Notes: generated by a model from the letters alone, not told the origin. A stretch of DNA of 64,000 bases from Candidatus Komeilibacteria bacterium (GCA_030688315.1 JAUYIT010000008.1:21240-85239); one strand, 5' to 3'; counted from the stretch's first letter, positions 7,942 through 17,854 are shown. Numbers and translations: made by a program.

Positions 7942-9051
7942 ATGAAATTCACATGTACACAGGAAAATTTAAATAAAGGTTTGGGCATTGTGAGCCATAT
8001 TGCCAATCGCAATATTACTTTGCCGATTTTAAATAACGTGGCCATTAAAGCCGAGGGTGGGGTAATTGCTTTAAGCACCACTAATTTGGAAATTGGCATT
8101 ACCGCCAGTGTGCGCGGTAAAATCGATCAGCCGGGCAGGTTTACGGTGCAGGCCCGTTTAATCGCCGACTACGTCAATTTACTGCCCAAGGAAAACGTGG
8201 AAGTGGAATTAAATGGCGACGTGCTGCATCTTAAATGCGGCAATCATAAAACCAGTGTTAAGGGTGTGAGTTCCGAGGACTTTCCAACTATTCCGGAAAT
8301 GGAGAGTGAGGCCACCATCAGTTTAAAAACCGCCGAGCTAAAAGAGGCCTTGGCCCAGGTGATTTTTGCCGTTTCTGTTGATGAAACTAGGCCTGAAATC
8401 AGCGGTGTGTTATTTTATTTTAACAATAAAACTTTAACCATCGTAGGCACTGATAGCTATCGTTTGGCTGAAAAAAAACTGACCGTTAAAAGCGATTTAA
8501 CTACCGAAAAAAGTTTGATTATTCCTTTAAGAACCTTACAGGAAGTTTACCGGATTTTAAGCGATGATGGCACTGCGGAAATTGAAATTTTAATTAATTC
8601 CAACCAAATTTTATTCAAGATTGCCGGCGAAGTGGAGTTAACTTCGCGCTTAGTGGAAGGCCAATACCCCGATTATCAGCAGATTATTCCGGGCGATTGC
8701 CGCACCAAAGCCAAGGTTAAAACCGCTGAATTTATCAGGGTAATTAAAAGTGCCTCGCTGTTTTGCAAGCCGGGCATTAATGATGTTAAACTTAATTTTG
8801 ACCTAACCAAAGGCACGTTGGTGGTTAGCTCTTTAAACAGCGCGGTGGGTGAAAACGTGGCCACGGTGGAAGTGGATGGCACCGGCGACAATAACGAGGC
8901 GGTGTTTAATTACCGTTATTTGTTGGACGGGCTTAATAATTTGGATAGCGCTGAAGTCAGTGTGGAATTGGTTTCCGAAAGCGCGCCCGGTATTTTGCGC
9001 CCGGTTAATGGCGGCGATTATCTTTACATCATCATGCCTATTAGGCAGTAA
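7942..9051 (+). CDS. dnaN: DNA polymerase III beta sliding clamp
   Basis: LPILNNV, TDSYRLAE, SRLVEGQYPDY and YIIMPIR motifs. Confidence 0.98.
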   Translation: MKFTCTQENLNKGLGIVSHIANRNITLPILNNVAIKAEGGVIALSTTNLEIGITASVRGKIDQPGRFTVQARLIADYVNLLPKENVEVELNGDVLHLKCGNHKTSVKGVSSEDFPTIPEMESEATISLKTAELKEALAQVIFAVSVDETRPEISGVLFYFNNKTLTIVGTDSYRLAEKKLTVKSDLTTEKSLIIPLRTLQEVYRILSDDGTAEIEILINSNQILFKIAGEVELTSRLVEGQYPDYQQIIPGDCRTKAKVKTAEFIRVIKSASLFCKPGINDVKLNFDLTKGTLVVSSLNSAVGENVATVEVDGTGDNNEAVFNYRYLLDGLNNLDSAEVSVELVSESAPGILRPVNGGDYLYIIMPIRQ

Positions 9052-9070
9052 ATAAAAAAACTTACCCAAC

Positions 9071-9164
9071 CGTCATTCTGGAGCCCCGCTTGCTCGGCGT
9101 GGCAATCCCGCTGTACTAGGTATGCACATCGGGATTGCTTCGTCGCTTCGCTCCTCGCAATGAC
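9071..9164. repeat. CGTC-type REP dimer-like palindromic element
   Basis: CGTCATT...GCAATCCCG...CGGGATTGCTTCGTCGCTTCGCTCCTCGCAATGAC; partial sibling at 24962-25002. Confidence 0.75.
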
Positions 9165-9183
9165 CGCTAAAGGTAAGTTTTTT

Positions 9184-9402
9184 TTATTTACTCACAAGTT
9201 TAAACCTCGGCACGGCTTTTCCATCAACCATCACTTTCTGCTTAAACATCTTTAACGGCCGAACCCACAATTTTGAGAGTTTGTTTTTATATAAAGTTTC
9301 GTAAACCACTAAATCTTCCATGGTCTCACTGTGTTTGGCAGAGCCAACAACACGATATTTTTTACCTTTGTAGTGGAGATAAACTCCGGGTTTAATTTTC
9401 AT
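9184..9402 (-). CDS. DUF1653 domain protein
   Basis: GVYLHYKG..Y.V...AKHSET.E.LVVY..LY....WVRPLKMF...VPRF. Confidence 0.9.
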   Translation of the reverse strand: MKIKPGVYLHYKGKKYRVVGSAKHSETMEDLVVYETLYKNKLSKLWVRPLKMFKQKVMVDGKAVPRFKLVSK

Positions 9403-9403
9403 C

Positions 9404-10045
9404 TTAATATCCCTTTAACAGAGTCGAGTTTATTTTTTTGATCTTTTTGCCGTAGGCGTAAGCGGCGTGTTGGGTTAATAACCAAACTGATAATTGACCC
9501 ATATTTTTTATTTTCTTTTTTTTGTTTAAAACATCTATCAGTCCGGCCTGTTCTTTTTTAAATCTTTGTTTAAGCGCCTCGCCGGCTAAACCTTGATCGG
9601 GCGCGCTTAAAAAATCCAATTGATATTTAACCGCGAGAGGCGGTAAGCTAAAGACCCAATTAAAAATCGCCCTCGTTCTGGCCATATGGAAACCACTGGT
9701 AATTACCAGGAGCTTTTTTAAGCGCATGGTTTCTGTAAAAATCTGACGGGCAAAGTAAGCATTGCCGATTGTATCCCAGGAATATTTTTCCACTAGGATT
9801 TTTTTGGCGGGCATGCCGTGTTGCGTTAAATATTTAGCGCCAACCGCGGCTTCGTAAATCGGAAAACCTTTTTTATCCAACGGTCGGGGTTTGTAAACCG
9901 TGCCGGCGCTGGTGGACATGATATATTTTGAACCGGAAAAGTTTTTTAAACCAAGATCATGGCGGGCCTTGGCCCAGAGGGGTAACTCACTCTTTGTGGT
10001 TAAACCGCCACCCATGATTAAAATGGCGTCGTATTTTTTCTTCAT
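9404..10045 (-). CDS. YdcF/DUF218 family protein
   Basis: DAILIMGGG, EKYSWDTIGNA and VITSGFHMAR motifs. Confidence 0.85.
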   Translation of the reverse strand: MKKKYDAILIMGGGLTTKSELPLWAKARHDLGLKNFSGSKYIMSTSAGTVYKPRPLDKKGFPIYEAAVGAKYLTQHGMPAKKILVEKYSWDTIGNAYFARQIFTETMRLKKLLVITSGFHMARTRAIFNWVFSLPPLAVKYQLDFLSAPDQGLAGEALKQRFKKEQAGLIDVLNKKKKIKNMGQLSVWLLTQHAAYAYGKKIKKINSTLLKGY

Positions 10046-10049
10046 GTGA

Positions 10050-10976
10050 TTAAAGAAATTTTAATTTGCCTTTGGCCGAATTGATTGAAGGGTATTTTTT
10101 GTTGGTTAAGATTTTAACCAGTTGATCGTCAATTTTATTAAAACAAGCCGGGCCCCGTTCCTGAAAGGCCGTACCAACTTGAACTGCTGCGGCTCCGGCC
10201 AGCAGGAATTCAAAGGCGTCCTGGCCGCTAGATATGCCCCCTACGCCGATGAGGTTGATGTTTTTGGGTAAGAGTTCATAAAACATTCTTACGTTCGCGA
10301 GAGCGACAGGTTTAATGTATTGTCCGCCCAACCCGCCCAGACCCTGCTTGGGTTTAATGACGGGCTTTTCGCCGTGTCCGTCAATTACTAGGCAGTTGCC
10401 TAAAGAGTTAATGCAAGTCACAAATTTAATGCCGAATTTTTTTATCAGTTTGGCCATCATTTGCTGTTGCGCCAAATCACAGTAAGCCGGCAATTTTAGA
10501 CCCAGCGGTTTTTTACCCAGCCGGCTGATTTTTTTTAAAACATTGGCGGAAGCAATAAAGTCATAGGCCACCTGGGGTTTGCCCTTAATATTGGGGCAGG
10601 ACAAATTGACTTCAATCGCGTCGACCGCTGATTGTTGGAAGGCCTTAACCATGATGGGAAAATCAGCCGGGCTTAAACCGGCCACCGAAGCAAAAACCGG
10701 CTTATCATATTTTTTTAAAACCGGAATCATTTTGATATATTCTTGGTAACCTAGATTTGGTAAACCCATGCTTTGAATAGAACCGTAAGGCAAAGCGGCG
10801 TAGCGGGGCTCTTCGTTGCCCAGCCGTGGCTTGATGGTGCAGGATTTCATCATGATCGCGCTGGCAGCCGACTCACCGATTTTTTTTAGTTCCGCTAAAG
10901 TTACATCCCTCGGCCCGGAAGCGTTAAAAACGTAGGATTTTAATTTTATGCCGGCGATGGAAGTTTGTGTAGTCAT
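10050..10976 (-). CDS. pyrD: Dihydroorotate dehydrogenase (class 1, probably 1A)
   Basis: NASG, KSCT, NLSCPN, CINS.GN, GGLGG..IKP.ALANV and GVGGI motifs; ATG at 10976 avoids overlap with the PBP gene. Confidence 0.88.
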   Translation of the reverse strand: MTTQTSIAGIKLKSYVFNASGPRDVTLAELKKIGESAASAIMMKSCTIKPRLGNEEPRYAALPYGSIQSMGLPNLGYQEYIKMIPVLKKYDKPVFASVAGLSPADFPIMVKAFQQSAVDAIEVNLSCPNIKGKPQVAYDFIASANVLKKISRLGKKPLGLKLPAYCDLAQQQMMAKLIKKFGIKFVTCINSLGNCLVIDGHGEKPVIKPKQGLGGLGGQYIKPVALANVRMFYELLPKNINLIGVGGISSGQDAFEFLLAGAAAVQVGTAFQERGPACFNKIDDQLVKILTNKKYPSINSAKGKLKFL

Positions 10977-10978
10977 GT

Positions 10979-13864
10979 TTATTCCAAGGTTATTGTTATT
11001 TCCGGGCCTTTGATGGCCTGGCTTTGAAGATCGGTGATAACCGGGAAAAGCCGGTATGTTCCGGCCGGGGGCAGATCGCGCCAAACCACGGTCAGATTAT
11101 TATCCTGTCCGGACTCGGTGTAGCCCAGCCAATGCGATTCATTGTCATCGGATTTTTGATAGTAGAAATCAACTTTGGTTATTTTAGCCGGTTCGTTGAT
11201 GGTTATTTTTAAAGCCAAAGGAAAATCGGCCCGTTTAATTACGCTTTGGTTTAACGGCTCCAGCCAGTCAATGCTTAATGAGGCCTCGCGATCCAGCTTG
11301 ATTTCAATGCTGGCTTCGGCGCTGTTTTGCAAATCGTCGCTTGCCTTAGCTCTTAAGCGATGGGCGCCGTTGGTCATGAATGCAGGCACAGTCAAAGTTA
11401 GATCAAACGGCGACTGGTAAGCCGTGCCCAGCTTTTCGTTGTCCAGATAATATTCCACTTTGTTGACCCCTCGGTTGGCGCTAGCCCTAACGCTGACATT
11501 AAAAGTTTCTTGATTAATGACGGCGTTGGCTGACGGGCTAGTCAGTTCAATGGTCGGCTTGTCTTGACCCCGGTGAACATTATCAAATTCGGTGGGCGGC
11601 AGTTCGTTGGTAATGTTATTTTTTTCCGCCCATCTGGCCACCGGCGCTTCCCAGGCATTATACTGTTCATCCTTGGCCGGATTGGTAGGAATGCCACCTA
11701 AAGGATCATCTTTATCAACGTAATGCAAAATTTCATGCGCCTGCCTAAAAGTTTTTTCTTCCACCAGTTCCACCGGCGTGGCTTCGGTGGCCAGCAGACC
11801 GGTCATCTTATCAATCTTAACCGTAACGCCCGCCGAGCTGCCGCCCATCATGGGTTTGGCCGGAATTTTGTAAATCGGTTTAACAAAGTTTTCTACCGGC
11901 AATTTGGCGTGGGCCGCCCTCATCACTTTTTGCCAAATGGGCGCGGCAATTTGGCTGCCGTCGGCGCCGCGCTTCATTTCGTCATTATTATTATTGCCCA
12001 CCCACACGCCCACCGCGATTTGCGGGGTGTAGCCCAGCGTCCAGGCATCATGATAATCGTTGGTGGTGCCGGTTTTGGCGGCCACCGGACGGTCGCCCAA
12101 AGTTAAATAATTACTGGCGCCAAAAACATAGGCGCGGGCGTTGTTATCTGACAGAACATCGGTGGTTAAACGGGCAATATCCGGCTCCAGCACTTTTTGC
12201 GTACGCGGTTCCCTAAATTCTTCCAGCACTTTTTGCTCGTGATCTTCCAGCTTTAATACTGCCGTGTAAGGAATTTTTTTACCGTCTCGCGCCAAAGTGG
12301 CGTAAGCGTTGGTATGTTCCAATAAAGTAACTTCACCGCCGCCTAATACCAAGGATAAACCAAACCGGCTGCGGTCTTTAAGCGTGGTGTATTCCAAATC
12401 ATCAGCCAAATCAAGTACGTTAGCAATGCCGGCCAAATAAATCATTTTAACGGCCGGAATGTTTAACGAGCCGGCCAAGGCCTGCCGCAAATTAACCGGA
12501 CCGCGTTCTTTTAAATCATAGTTGCGCGGTTCGTACGGACCCTGCGGGGTAGGAAAACTGGTGAACAAATCATAGACCACCGTTTCCGGCACATAACCCC
12601 GTTGCCAAGCGGCCGTGTACACAATCGGTTTAAAGGAACTGCCCGGCTGTCTGGGCGAAGTGGCACTGTTAAACTGGCCGTCAATTTCCACATTGAAAAA
12701 ATCCTTACTGCCCACCATGGCCAGAATCTGTCCGGTCTTAACGTCAATGGCTATTAGGGAAGCGTTGGCGGCGTCAAAGTTAGCCAGATTTTTTTCGGCC
12801 TGTTCGGCCAAGATTTTCTCGGCCTCTTTTTGTAAATCATAATCCAAAGTGGAGATGATTCTCCAGCCGCCCTGTTCAATCAGCGCGTCGCCGTATTTTT
12901 CGGCCAGCAGTTCTTTAACAAAAAACACAAAGTGCGGCGCTTCAATACCTTCAATCCGAGCTTTAAATTCGATTTTTTCTTCTTTCGCCGCAATGCCTTG
13001 TTCAGCGGTAAGGTAGCCAAGCCGGACCATCTGGTCCAGGGCGTATTTTTGCCTACCCAGCAATTCGTCCACGTGACTGCCGTAGGGCGAGTAATATGAT
13101 GGCGCCTGCGGCAGGGCCGCCAAAACCGCGGCCTCGCCCACGGTCAGCTCCTTGGCTGATTTGCCAAAATAGCTGAAGGCGGCCGCCTCAATGCCGTAAC
13201 TGGAGCCGCCGTAGGGAATTTCGTTAAAATACATTTGCAGAATTTCTTGTTTGCTGAATTTACGCTCAATGCGGTAAGCCAAAATCAACTCTTTAATTTT
13301 TCGGACCGGACTGCGTTTGTTGCTTAAAATGGCGTTTTTAACCAATTGCTGGGTCAGCGTTGAACCGCCTTGAGGGCGCTTGCCTTTAAGAGTTTGTATG
13401 ACCACGCCCCTAAACATGCCCCAGAGCGAAAAGCCGCCGTGTTCGTAAAACCGTTGGTCTTCCAAAGCCAAAGTGGCGTTAACGGCGTGAGCTGGAATGT
13501 TTTCAAACTTGATCAGCGTCCTCTGCTGGTCGCCGTGGATATCGTACAGCAAGTGTTCGCCGGTGCGGTCGTAAATTTTGGTGCTTTGCGCTACTGCCCG
13601 GTCAATCAGTTTGCCCGGATCAGGCAGATCTTTAGAAAGCCAAGCTACGCCTACAATGCTAAAAACCAGCACAAACAAAAAAGCCGCCAAACCGTGGCGC
13701 CAGTATTTTTTGAATAAGCCCAACAAACTGAACTTTTCGTTTTTAGGGTTAAAGCGGATATCCAAAAAACGCTTTTTTTGGTGGTTCAAGCCGATCACTT
13801 TGGACGGCCGGTCGTTTTTGTCTTTGGGCGAATGGATTTTGTGGTTTAAATGAGGAATAGGCAT
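10979..13864 (-). CDS. Class A penicillin-binding protein (PBP1A family) with C-terminal Ig-like domains
   Basis: EDQRFYEHGG, GGSTLTQQLVKN and RKIKE (transglycosylase); GSSFK, SLN and KTGT (transpeptidase); VEYYLDNEKLG Ig-like region. Confidence 0.93.
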   Translation of the reverse strand: MPIPHLNHKIHSPKDKNDRPSKVIGLNHQKKRFLDIRFNPKNEKFSLLGLFKKYWRHGLAAFLFVLVFSIVGVAWLSKDLPDPGKLIDRAVAQSTKIYDRTGEHLLYDIHGDQQRTLIKFENIPAHAVNATLALEDQRFYEHGGFSLWGMFRGVVIQTLKGKRPQGGSTLTQQLVKNAILSNKRSPVRKIKELILAYRIERKFSKQEILQMYFNEIPYGGSSYGIEAAAFSYFGKSAKELTVGEAAVLAALPQAPSYYSPYGSHVDELLGRQKYALDQMVRLGYLTAEQGIAAKEEKIEFKARIEGIEAPHFVFFVKELLAEKYGDALIEQGGWRIISTLDYDLQKEAEKILAEQAEKNLANFDAANASLIAIDVKTGQILAMVGSKDFFNVEIDGQFNSATSPRQPGSSFKPIVYTAAWQRGYVPETVVYDLFTSFPTPQGPYEPRNYDLKERGPVNLRQALAGSLNIPAVKMIYLAGIANVLDLADDLEYTTLKDRSRFGLSLVLGGGEVTLLEHTNAYATLARDGKKIPYTAVLKLEDHEQKVLEEFREPRTQKVLEPDIARLTTDVLSDNNARAYVFGASNYLTLGDRPVAAKTGTTNDYHDAWTLGYTPQIAVGVWVGNNNNDEMKRGADGSQIAAPIWQKVMRAAHAKLPVENFVKPIYKIPAKPMMGGSSAGVTVKIDKMTGLLATEATPVELVEEKTFRQAHEILHYVDKDDPLGGIPTNPAKDEQYNAWEAPVARWAEKNNITNELPPTEFDNVHRGQDKPTIELTSPSANAVINQETFNVSVRASANRGVNKVEYYLDNEKLGTAYQSPFDLTLTVPAFMTNGAHRLRAKASDDLQNSAEASIEIKLDREASLSIDWLEPLNQSVIKRADFPLALKITINEPAKITKVDFYYQKSDDNESHWLGYTESGQDNNLTVVWRDLPPAGTYRLFPVITDLQSQAIKGPEITITLE

Positions 13865-13987
13865 GAAAAGAGGCCAAAAGATCCAAGAACCAATAAATTA
13901 AAAAATCAAAATAACTAAGTTCTTTGGTTCTTTTATGTTTAAATTTTATCTTGTATTCTATGAGCATTATGCTATAATTTACGCAAT

Positions 13988-15181
13988 ATGTCAAAGGTAA
14001 ATACTGATCCCCAAAAAATTGAAGCGCTCTTAAAACGCGGCGTGGAAGAGGTGATTAAACTGGACCATTTGCGCCAGCGGTTGCTTTCGGGCGAGCGTTT
14101 AAGGGTTAAATTAGGCATTGATCCGACTAGTCCGAACATTCATCTGGGCCGTTCCATTCCTTTGTTAAAGTTGAGGGATTTTCAGGAACTTGGTCATCAG
14201 GTGGTTTTTATCGTGGGCGATTTTACCGGTGTCATTGGCGATACTTCCGATAAGGATGCGGAACGGCCGATGCTGACCCCGGCGGATATTAAAAAAAATA
14301 TGAAGGACTATGTTAAGCAGGCCGGGAAAATTATTGATCTTAAAAAATGCGAAGTCCACTACAACAGCCAGTGGCTGAAAAAATTATCTTACGCCGAACT
14401 GGGGGCGCAGGCCGATCAGTTTTCGGTGGCTGAATTTTCCGCCCGGGAAAATATTAAAAAACGGTTGGACGCGGGCAAGCGAGTTTCGTTTAGGGAAATG
14501 CTGTATCCGTTAATGCAGGCCTATGATTCGGTGATGGTTAAGGCGGATGTGGAATTGGGCGGCACCGATCAACGATTTAATTTGTTGGCCGGCCGGGAAT
14601 TGCAAAAACATTATCAGCAGAATCAGCAGGACGTGATTATGGGGCCATTATTGGAAGGCACGGACGGCCGCAAAATGAGTTCCAGCTGGGACAACACCGT
14701 TAACCTTACCGACGCTCCGTCGGAAATGTTTGGTAAAATTATGACTGTGCCGGATAATTTGATTATGAAGTATTTTATTTTAGCCACTCGGGTCGATTTG
14801 ACCGATTTAAAAGGCGTGGAAGCTCAGTTGCTCGGCGGTGCCAATCCCCGTTACATTAAAGCGCTGCTGGCCAAAGAAATTGTTAAAATGTATCATGGTG
14901 ACCAGGCCGCGGTTTTGGCCGAAGAAGCGTTTAACAAGCAGTTTACTGATAAGGAGCTACCGGAAGATATTGAAGAAAAAAAAATTGAATTAAGAAGTTG
15001 GAAGCTTGATGACCTATTGGTTGAGCTTGGCCTGACTTCGTCCAAAACTGAAGCACGACGACTGATTGAGCAGGGCGGGGTAAAAATTGATTCTCAAAAA
15101 ACCGCTAACCTTGCTGAAATTCAGGTTAAATCGGGCATAATCGTCCAGGTGGGTAAGAGGAAGTTTGCCAGAATTAAATAG
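13988..15181 (+). CDS. tyrS: Tyrosine--tRNA ligase
   Basis: GIDPTSPNIHLGR, YPLMQAYDS, GGTDQRFN, KMSSS and C-terminal S4 domain. Confidence 0.96.
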   Translation: MSKVNTDPQKIEALLKRGVEEVIKLDHLRQRLLSGERLRVKLGIDPTSPNIHLGRSIPLLKLRDFQELGHQVVFIVGDFTGVIGDTSDKDAERPMLTPADIKKNMKDYVKQAGKIIDLKKCEVHYNSQWLKKLSYAELGAQADQFSVAEFSARENIKKRLDAGKRVSFREMLYPLMQAYDSVMVKADVELGGTDQRFNLLAGRELQKHYQQNQQDVIMGPLLEGTDGRKMSSSWDNTVNLTDAPSEMFGKIMTVPDNLIMKYFILATRVDLTDLKGVEAQLLGGANPRYIKALLAKEIVKMYHGDQAAVLAEEAFNKQFTDKELPEDIEEKKIELRSWKLDDLLVELGLTSSKTEARRLIEQGGVKIDSQKTANLAEIQVKSGIIVQVGKRKFARIK

Positions 15182-15192
15182 TTAGAAATAAT

Positions 15193-15223
15193 AAAATCGC
15201 TCTAAGAAATTAAAGCGATTTTT
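15193..15223. terminator. Bidirectional terminator between tyrS and ruvC
   Basis: AAAATCGCT...AGCGATTTT. Confidence 0.55.
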
Positions 15224-15232
15224 TGATTTAAA

Positions 15233-15715
15233 TTATTTTGTGGAATTGGCGCAGGTAATGGCAATGGCCAAAGCATCGGCGGCATCATCGGGTTTGGGTA
15301 CGGCGTTAAGGTTCAGCATGACTTTAACCATTTGTCCGACCTGATTTTTGTCAGCCGCGCCATAAGAAGTAAGCGCCTGTTTAACTTGTAAAGGCGTATA
15401 TTCAAAAATCGGCAATTTGTTTTGGGCAATGGTCATTAATACTACGCCTCTGGCTTGTCCCACCATTAAAGCGGTTTTAACGTTTTTGCAAAAAAACAGT
15501 TCTTCCACGCTTACGGAACTTGGTTTATATTTTTTGATGATTTTTTTGAGTTCGTTATGCAGGCTTTCCAGGCGTTTGATAAAATCGGTTTTAGCGGAAG
15601 TAACAATGGACCCGCAGGCCACAAATTTTAAATCACCTGCCTCCTTGTTGATGACGCCCCAGCCGGTATCGGCAATGCCCGGGTCAATGCCCAGGATTAT
15701 TTTAGAGGTCGGCAT
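15233..15715 (-). CDS. ruvC: Holliday junction resolvase RuvC
   Basis: ILGIDPG, VEELFF, GQARGV and PDDAADALAIA motifs. Confidence 0.97.
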   Translation of the reverse strand: MPTSKIILGIDPGIADTGWGVINKEAGDLKFVACGSIVTSAKTDFIKRLESLHNELKKIIKKYKPSSVSVEELFFCKNVKTALMVGQARGVVLMTIAQNKLPIFEYTPLQVKQALTSYGAADKNQVGQMVKVMLNLNAVPKPDDAADALAIAITCANSTK

Positions 15716-16427
15716 TGGAATAAAAATTACTGACGTCGTCTAACGCTTCCAAGTCATCAAAGAATTTTAAAATGGTTTCCTCGTTGCTGACTTTGACGGA
15801 ATCCTTGGCCACGTATTCAATATTTGATTCCAAAATAGGAATATTGAGTTCGGCAATTTTCTTTTTGATGTTTTCAAATTGATCGGGCGCGGTATAAACG
15901 GTTACGCCGCCATCTCCGAGCTCAGCTTGGCTGTCGGTTTTAATATCCAAAGCGCCGGCGTCAATCAAGGCCAGCTCTTCATCATCGGTCAGTTTTTCCT
16001 TGTCCAAAGTAATTACGCCCCGGTGGTCAAACATCCACATAGTAGCGCCGGGGCCGGCCAAATTACCGCCGTATTTATTTAAAACATGTTTAACTTCCGA
16101 AGCGGCGCGGTTTTTGTTGTCGGTCACAATTTCCATCACCAAGGCCAAACCGGCCGGGCCGTAGGCCTCGTAAATAATTTCTTCCATTTGTTCACCGCCC
16201 AGTTCACCAGTGCCTTTTTTAACGGCGCGATCAATGTTTTCTTTGGGCAAACGGAATTCTTTGGCCTTATCAATGGCCATGCGTAATTTAAAGTTGGTTT
16301 CGGGGTCGCCACCGCTTCTGGCCGCTACCGCAATAACGTTGGCCAGCTTGGTAAAATTGGCTGATTTTTTGGCGTCAACGCCTTCTTTTCTGCGTTTGGT
16401 TGTTGCCCACTTGGAATGTCCGGACAT
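15702..16427 (-). CDS. yebC: YebC/PmpR family protein
   Basis: MSGHSKW start at 16427; YEAYGPAG and TDNKNRA motifs; adjacent to ruvC. Confidence 0.95.
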   Translation of the reverse strand: MSGHSKWATTKRRKEGVDAKKSANFTKLANVIAVAARSGGDPETNFKLRMAIDKAKEFRLPKENIDRAVKKGTGELGGEQMEEIIYEAYGPAGLALVMEIVTDNKNRAASEVKHVLNKYGGNLAGPGATMWMFDHRGVITLDKEKLTDDEELALIDAGALDIKTDSQAELGDGGVTVYTAPDQFENIKKKIAELNIPILESNIEYVAKDSVKVSNEETILKFFDDLEALDDVSNFYSNADL

Positions 16428-16508
16428 ATATTTATGGATTATTTTATTTGATAAGCCAAGTTTAGCCCCTTTAATTGAAAAAATCAAGATTTTAATATTA
16501 TATTTTTT

Positions 16509-17687
16509 TTAAACTAAGGAGCTTAAAAATTTATCAGCGCTCATTACCCTAACGCCCGATTTAAGCTGATCCACGCCCGACGTTTTAACAATCTGGTAAA
16601 CCTGAGCCAGCTTCATTTTTTCCTTAAAGTAGATTAAGTTGGGAGAAACTTCCATCGTTTGGCTTTTAACCTCAACGGCAAACCACGGCTGTTTTTTGAT
16701 CGTTACCAAAAAATCAACCTCTCGGCCGGCCGTATCCCTAATAAACCACAGCTCGGCTTGGTAGCCCTGGCTATCAGCCAGATAGTGGACAAATTTTAAC
16801 AAATGGGAAGCAACCATGTTTTCCAATTTGGCCGCTTCGTTTGGCAATTCCGACCAGTCCCACAGATAAAGCTTGGGCTGTTTGCGCAATGATTTTATGG
16901 CTTGTTGATGAAAAGGCAAAATACGGAAGTGATAGTAGAACTTTTCCAAAATATCCAGCCAAGATGTTACGGTTTTATGGGTAACCCGCAGATCTTCTCT
17001 TAGTGAAGACGCGGAAAAAAGCGAACCGACTTTAGCCGGCAATAGCTCCGCCAGAATTTGCAAAGCCGATAAATCATGGATTTTTTCCAGATCGCGGATA
17101 TCTTCTTTAACTAAGCGGTCTAAGCGTTCGCGGTAAAAGCGTCGGGCAATTGTCGCGTTTTGGCTTAAAAACGGTTCAGGGAAGCCGCCGAATTCCCATA
17201 AAGCCGCAAATGCTTCCTTAACTTCAGCCGTGCTTAAAAAGGTTAATTCTTTAAATTCAGAAATGGTCAGAGGTTTTTTATTTATGGCTTCCGCTACCGA
17301 AAAAGGATGCAGACGGTAATAATGGTATCTGCCTAACAGCGAATCCCCGCCCCGGCGATAAATATCCAAACGGGAACTGCCGGTAACTAAGATTTTTAAT
17401 CGCTCTTTGTGAACATCATACAATCCTTTTAAATAATTTTTCCAGCGTTTAAATTTATGGATTTCATCAAAAACTATTAAGGGCTCGTTTAAAGGCAGGG
17501 TATTGCCAATAATTAGTTGGCGATGTTCGCGGTTATCCCAGTTAAGATAAGTGAAACCGGCATAGTTTTTTTGGCCCAAATTTTTAGCTAAAGTGGTTTT
17601 ACCCACTTGCCTGGGTCCGCCTATAAAAACCATCTTTTGATTAAGATCGGCTAGTATATTATCGTTCAAATAACGGTTAATAATCAT
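16509..17687 (-). CDS. AAA_14 ATPase with DUF4143 (wHTH and PD-(D/E)xK-like tail)
   Basis: GPRQVGKTT, FDEIH, TGSS, GGFPE and EVDF...AVEVK motifs. Confidence 0.9.
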   Translation of the reverse strand: MIINRYLNDNILADLNQKMVFIGGPRQVGKTTLAKNLGQKNYAGFTYLNWDNREHRQLIIGNTLPLNEPLIVFDEIHKFKRWKNYLKGLYDVHKERLKILVTGSSRLDIYRRGGDSLLGRYHYYRLHPFSVAEAINKKPLTISEFKELTFLSTAEVKEAFAALWEFGGFPEPFLSQNATIARRFYRERLDRLVKEDIRDLEKIHDLSALQILAELLPAKVGSLFSASSLREDLRVTHKTVTSWLDILEKFYYHFRILPFHQQAIKSLRKQPKLYLWDWSELPNEAAKLENMVASHLLKFVHYLADSQGYQAELWFIRDTAGREVDFLVTIKKQPWFAVEVKSQTMEVSPNLIYFKEKMKLAQVYQIVKTSGVDQLKSGVRVMSADKFLSSLV

Positions 17688-17721
17688 AATTTAGCTAATG
17701 TTAGTAATTAAGTTATATAGA

Positions 17722-17776
17722 AAATTATACCATAGTATAATTTTTTGTCAAACAAATTATACCATAGTATAATTTT
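17722..17776. promoter_or_regulatory. Two identical 23-bp palindromic boxes (candidate operator)
   Basis: AAATTATACCATAGTATAATTTT at 17722 and at 17754. Confidence 0.7.
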
Positions 17777-17854
17777 CCATACCAATCGTTAATTAAGATT
17801 TTCGCTTAAAAACAAGGATTTTGGTATAATAGAGGCAATAAATTAACCATTTTT

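Noticed and set aside
10977-11084. N-terminal extensions given in the ORF track for pyrD (also NUDIX to 39541, yebC to 16487, DUF2079 to 22538)
   Set aside because: They overlap upstream genes or precede the conserved family start; downstream ATGs fit better.
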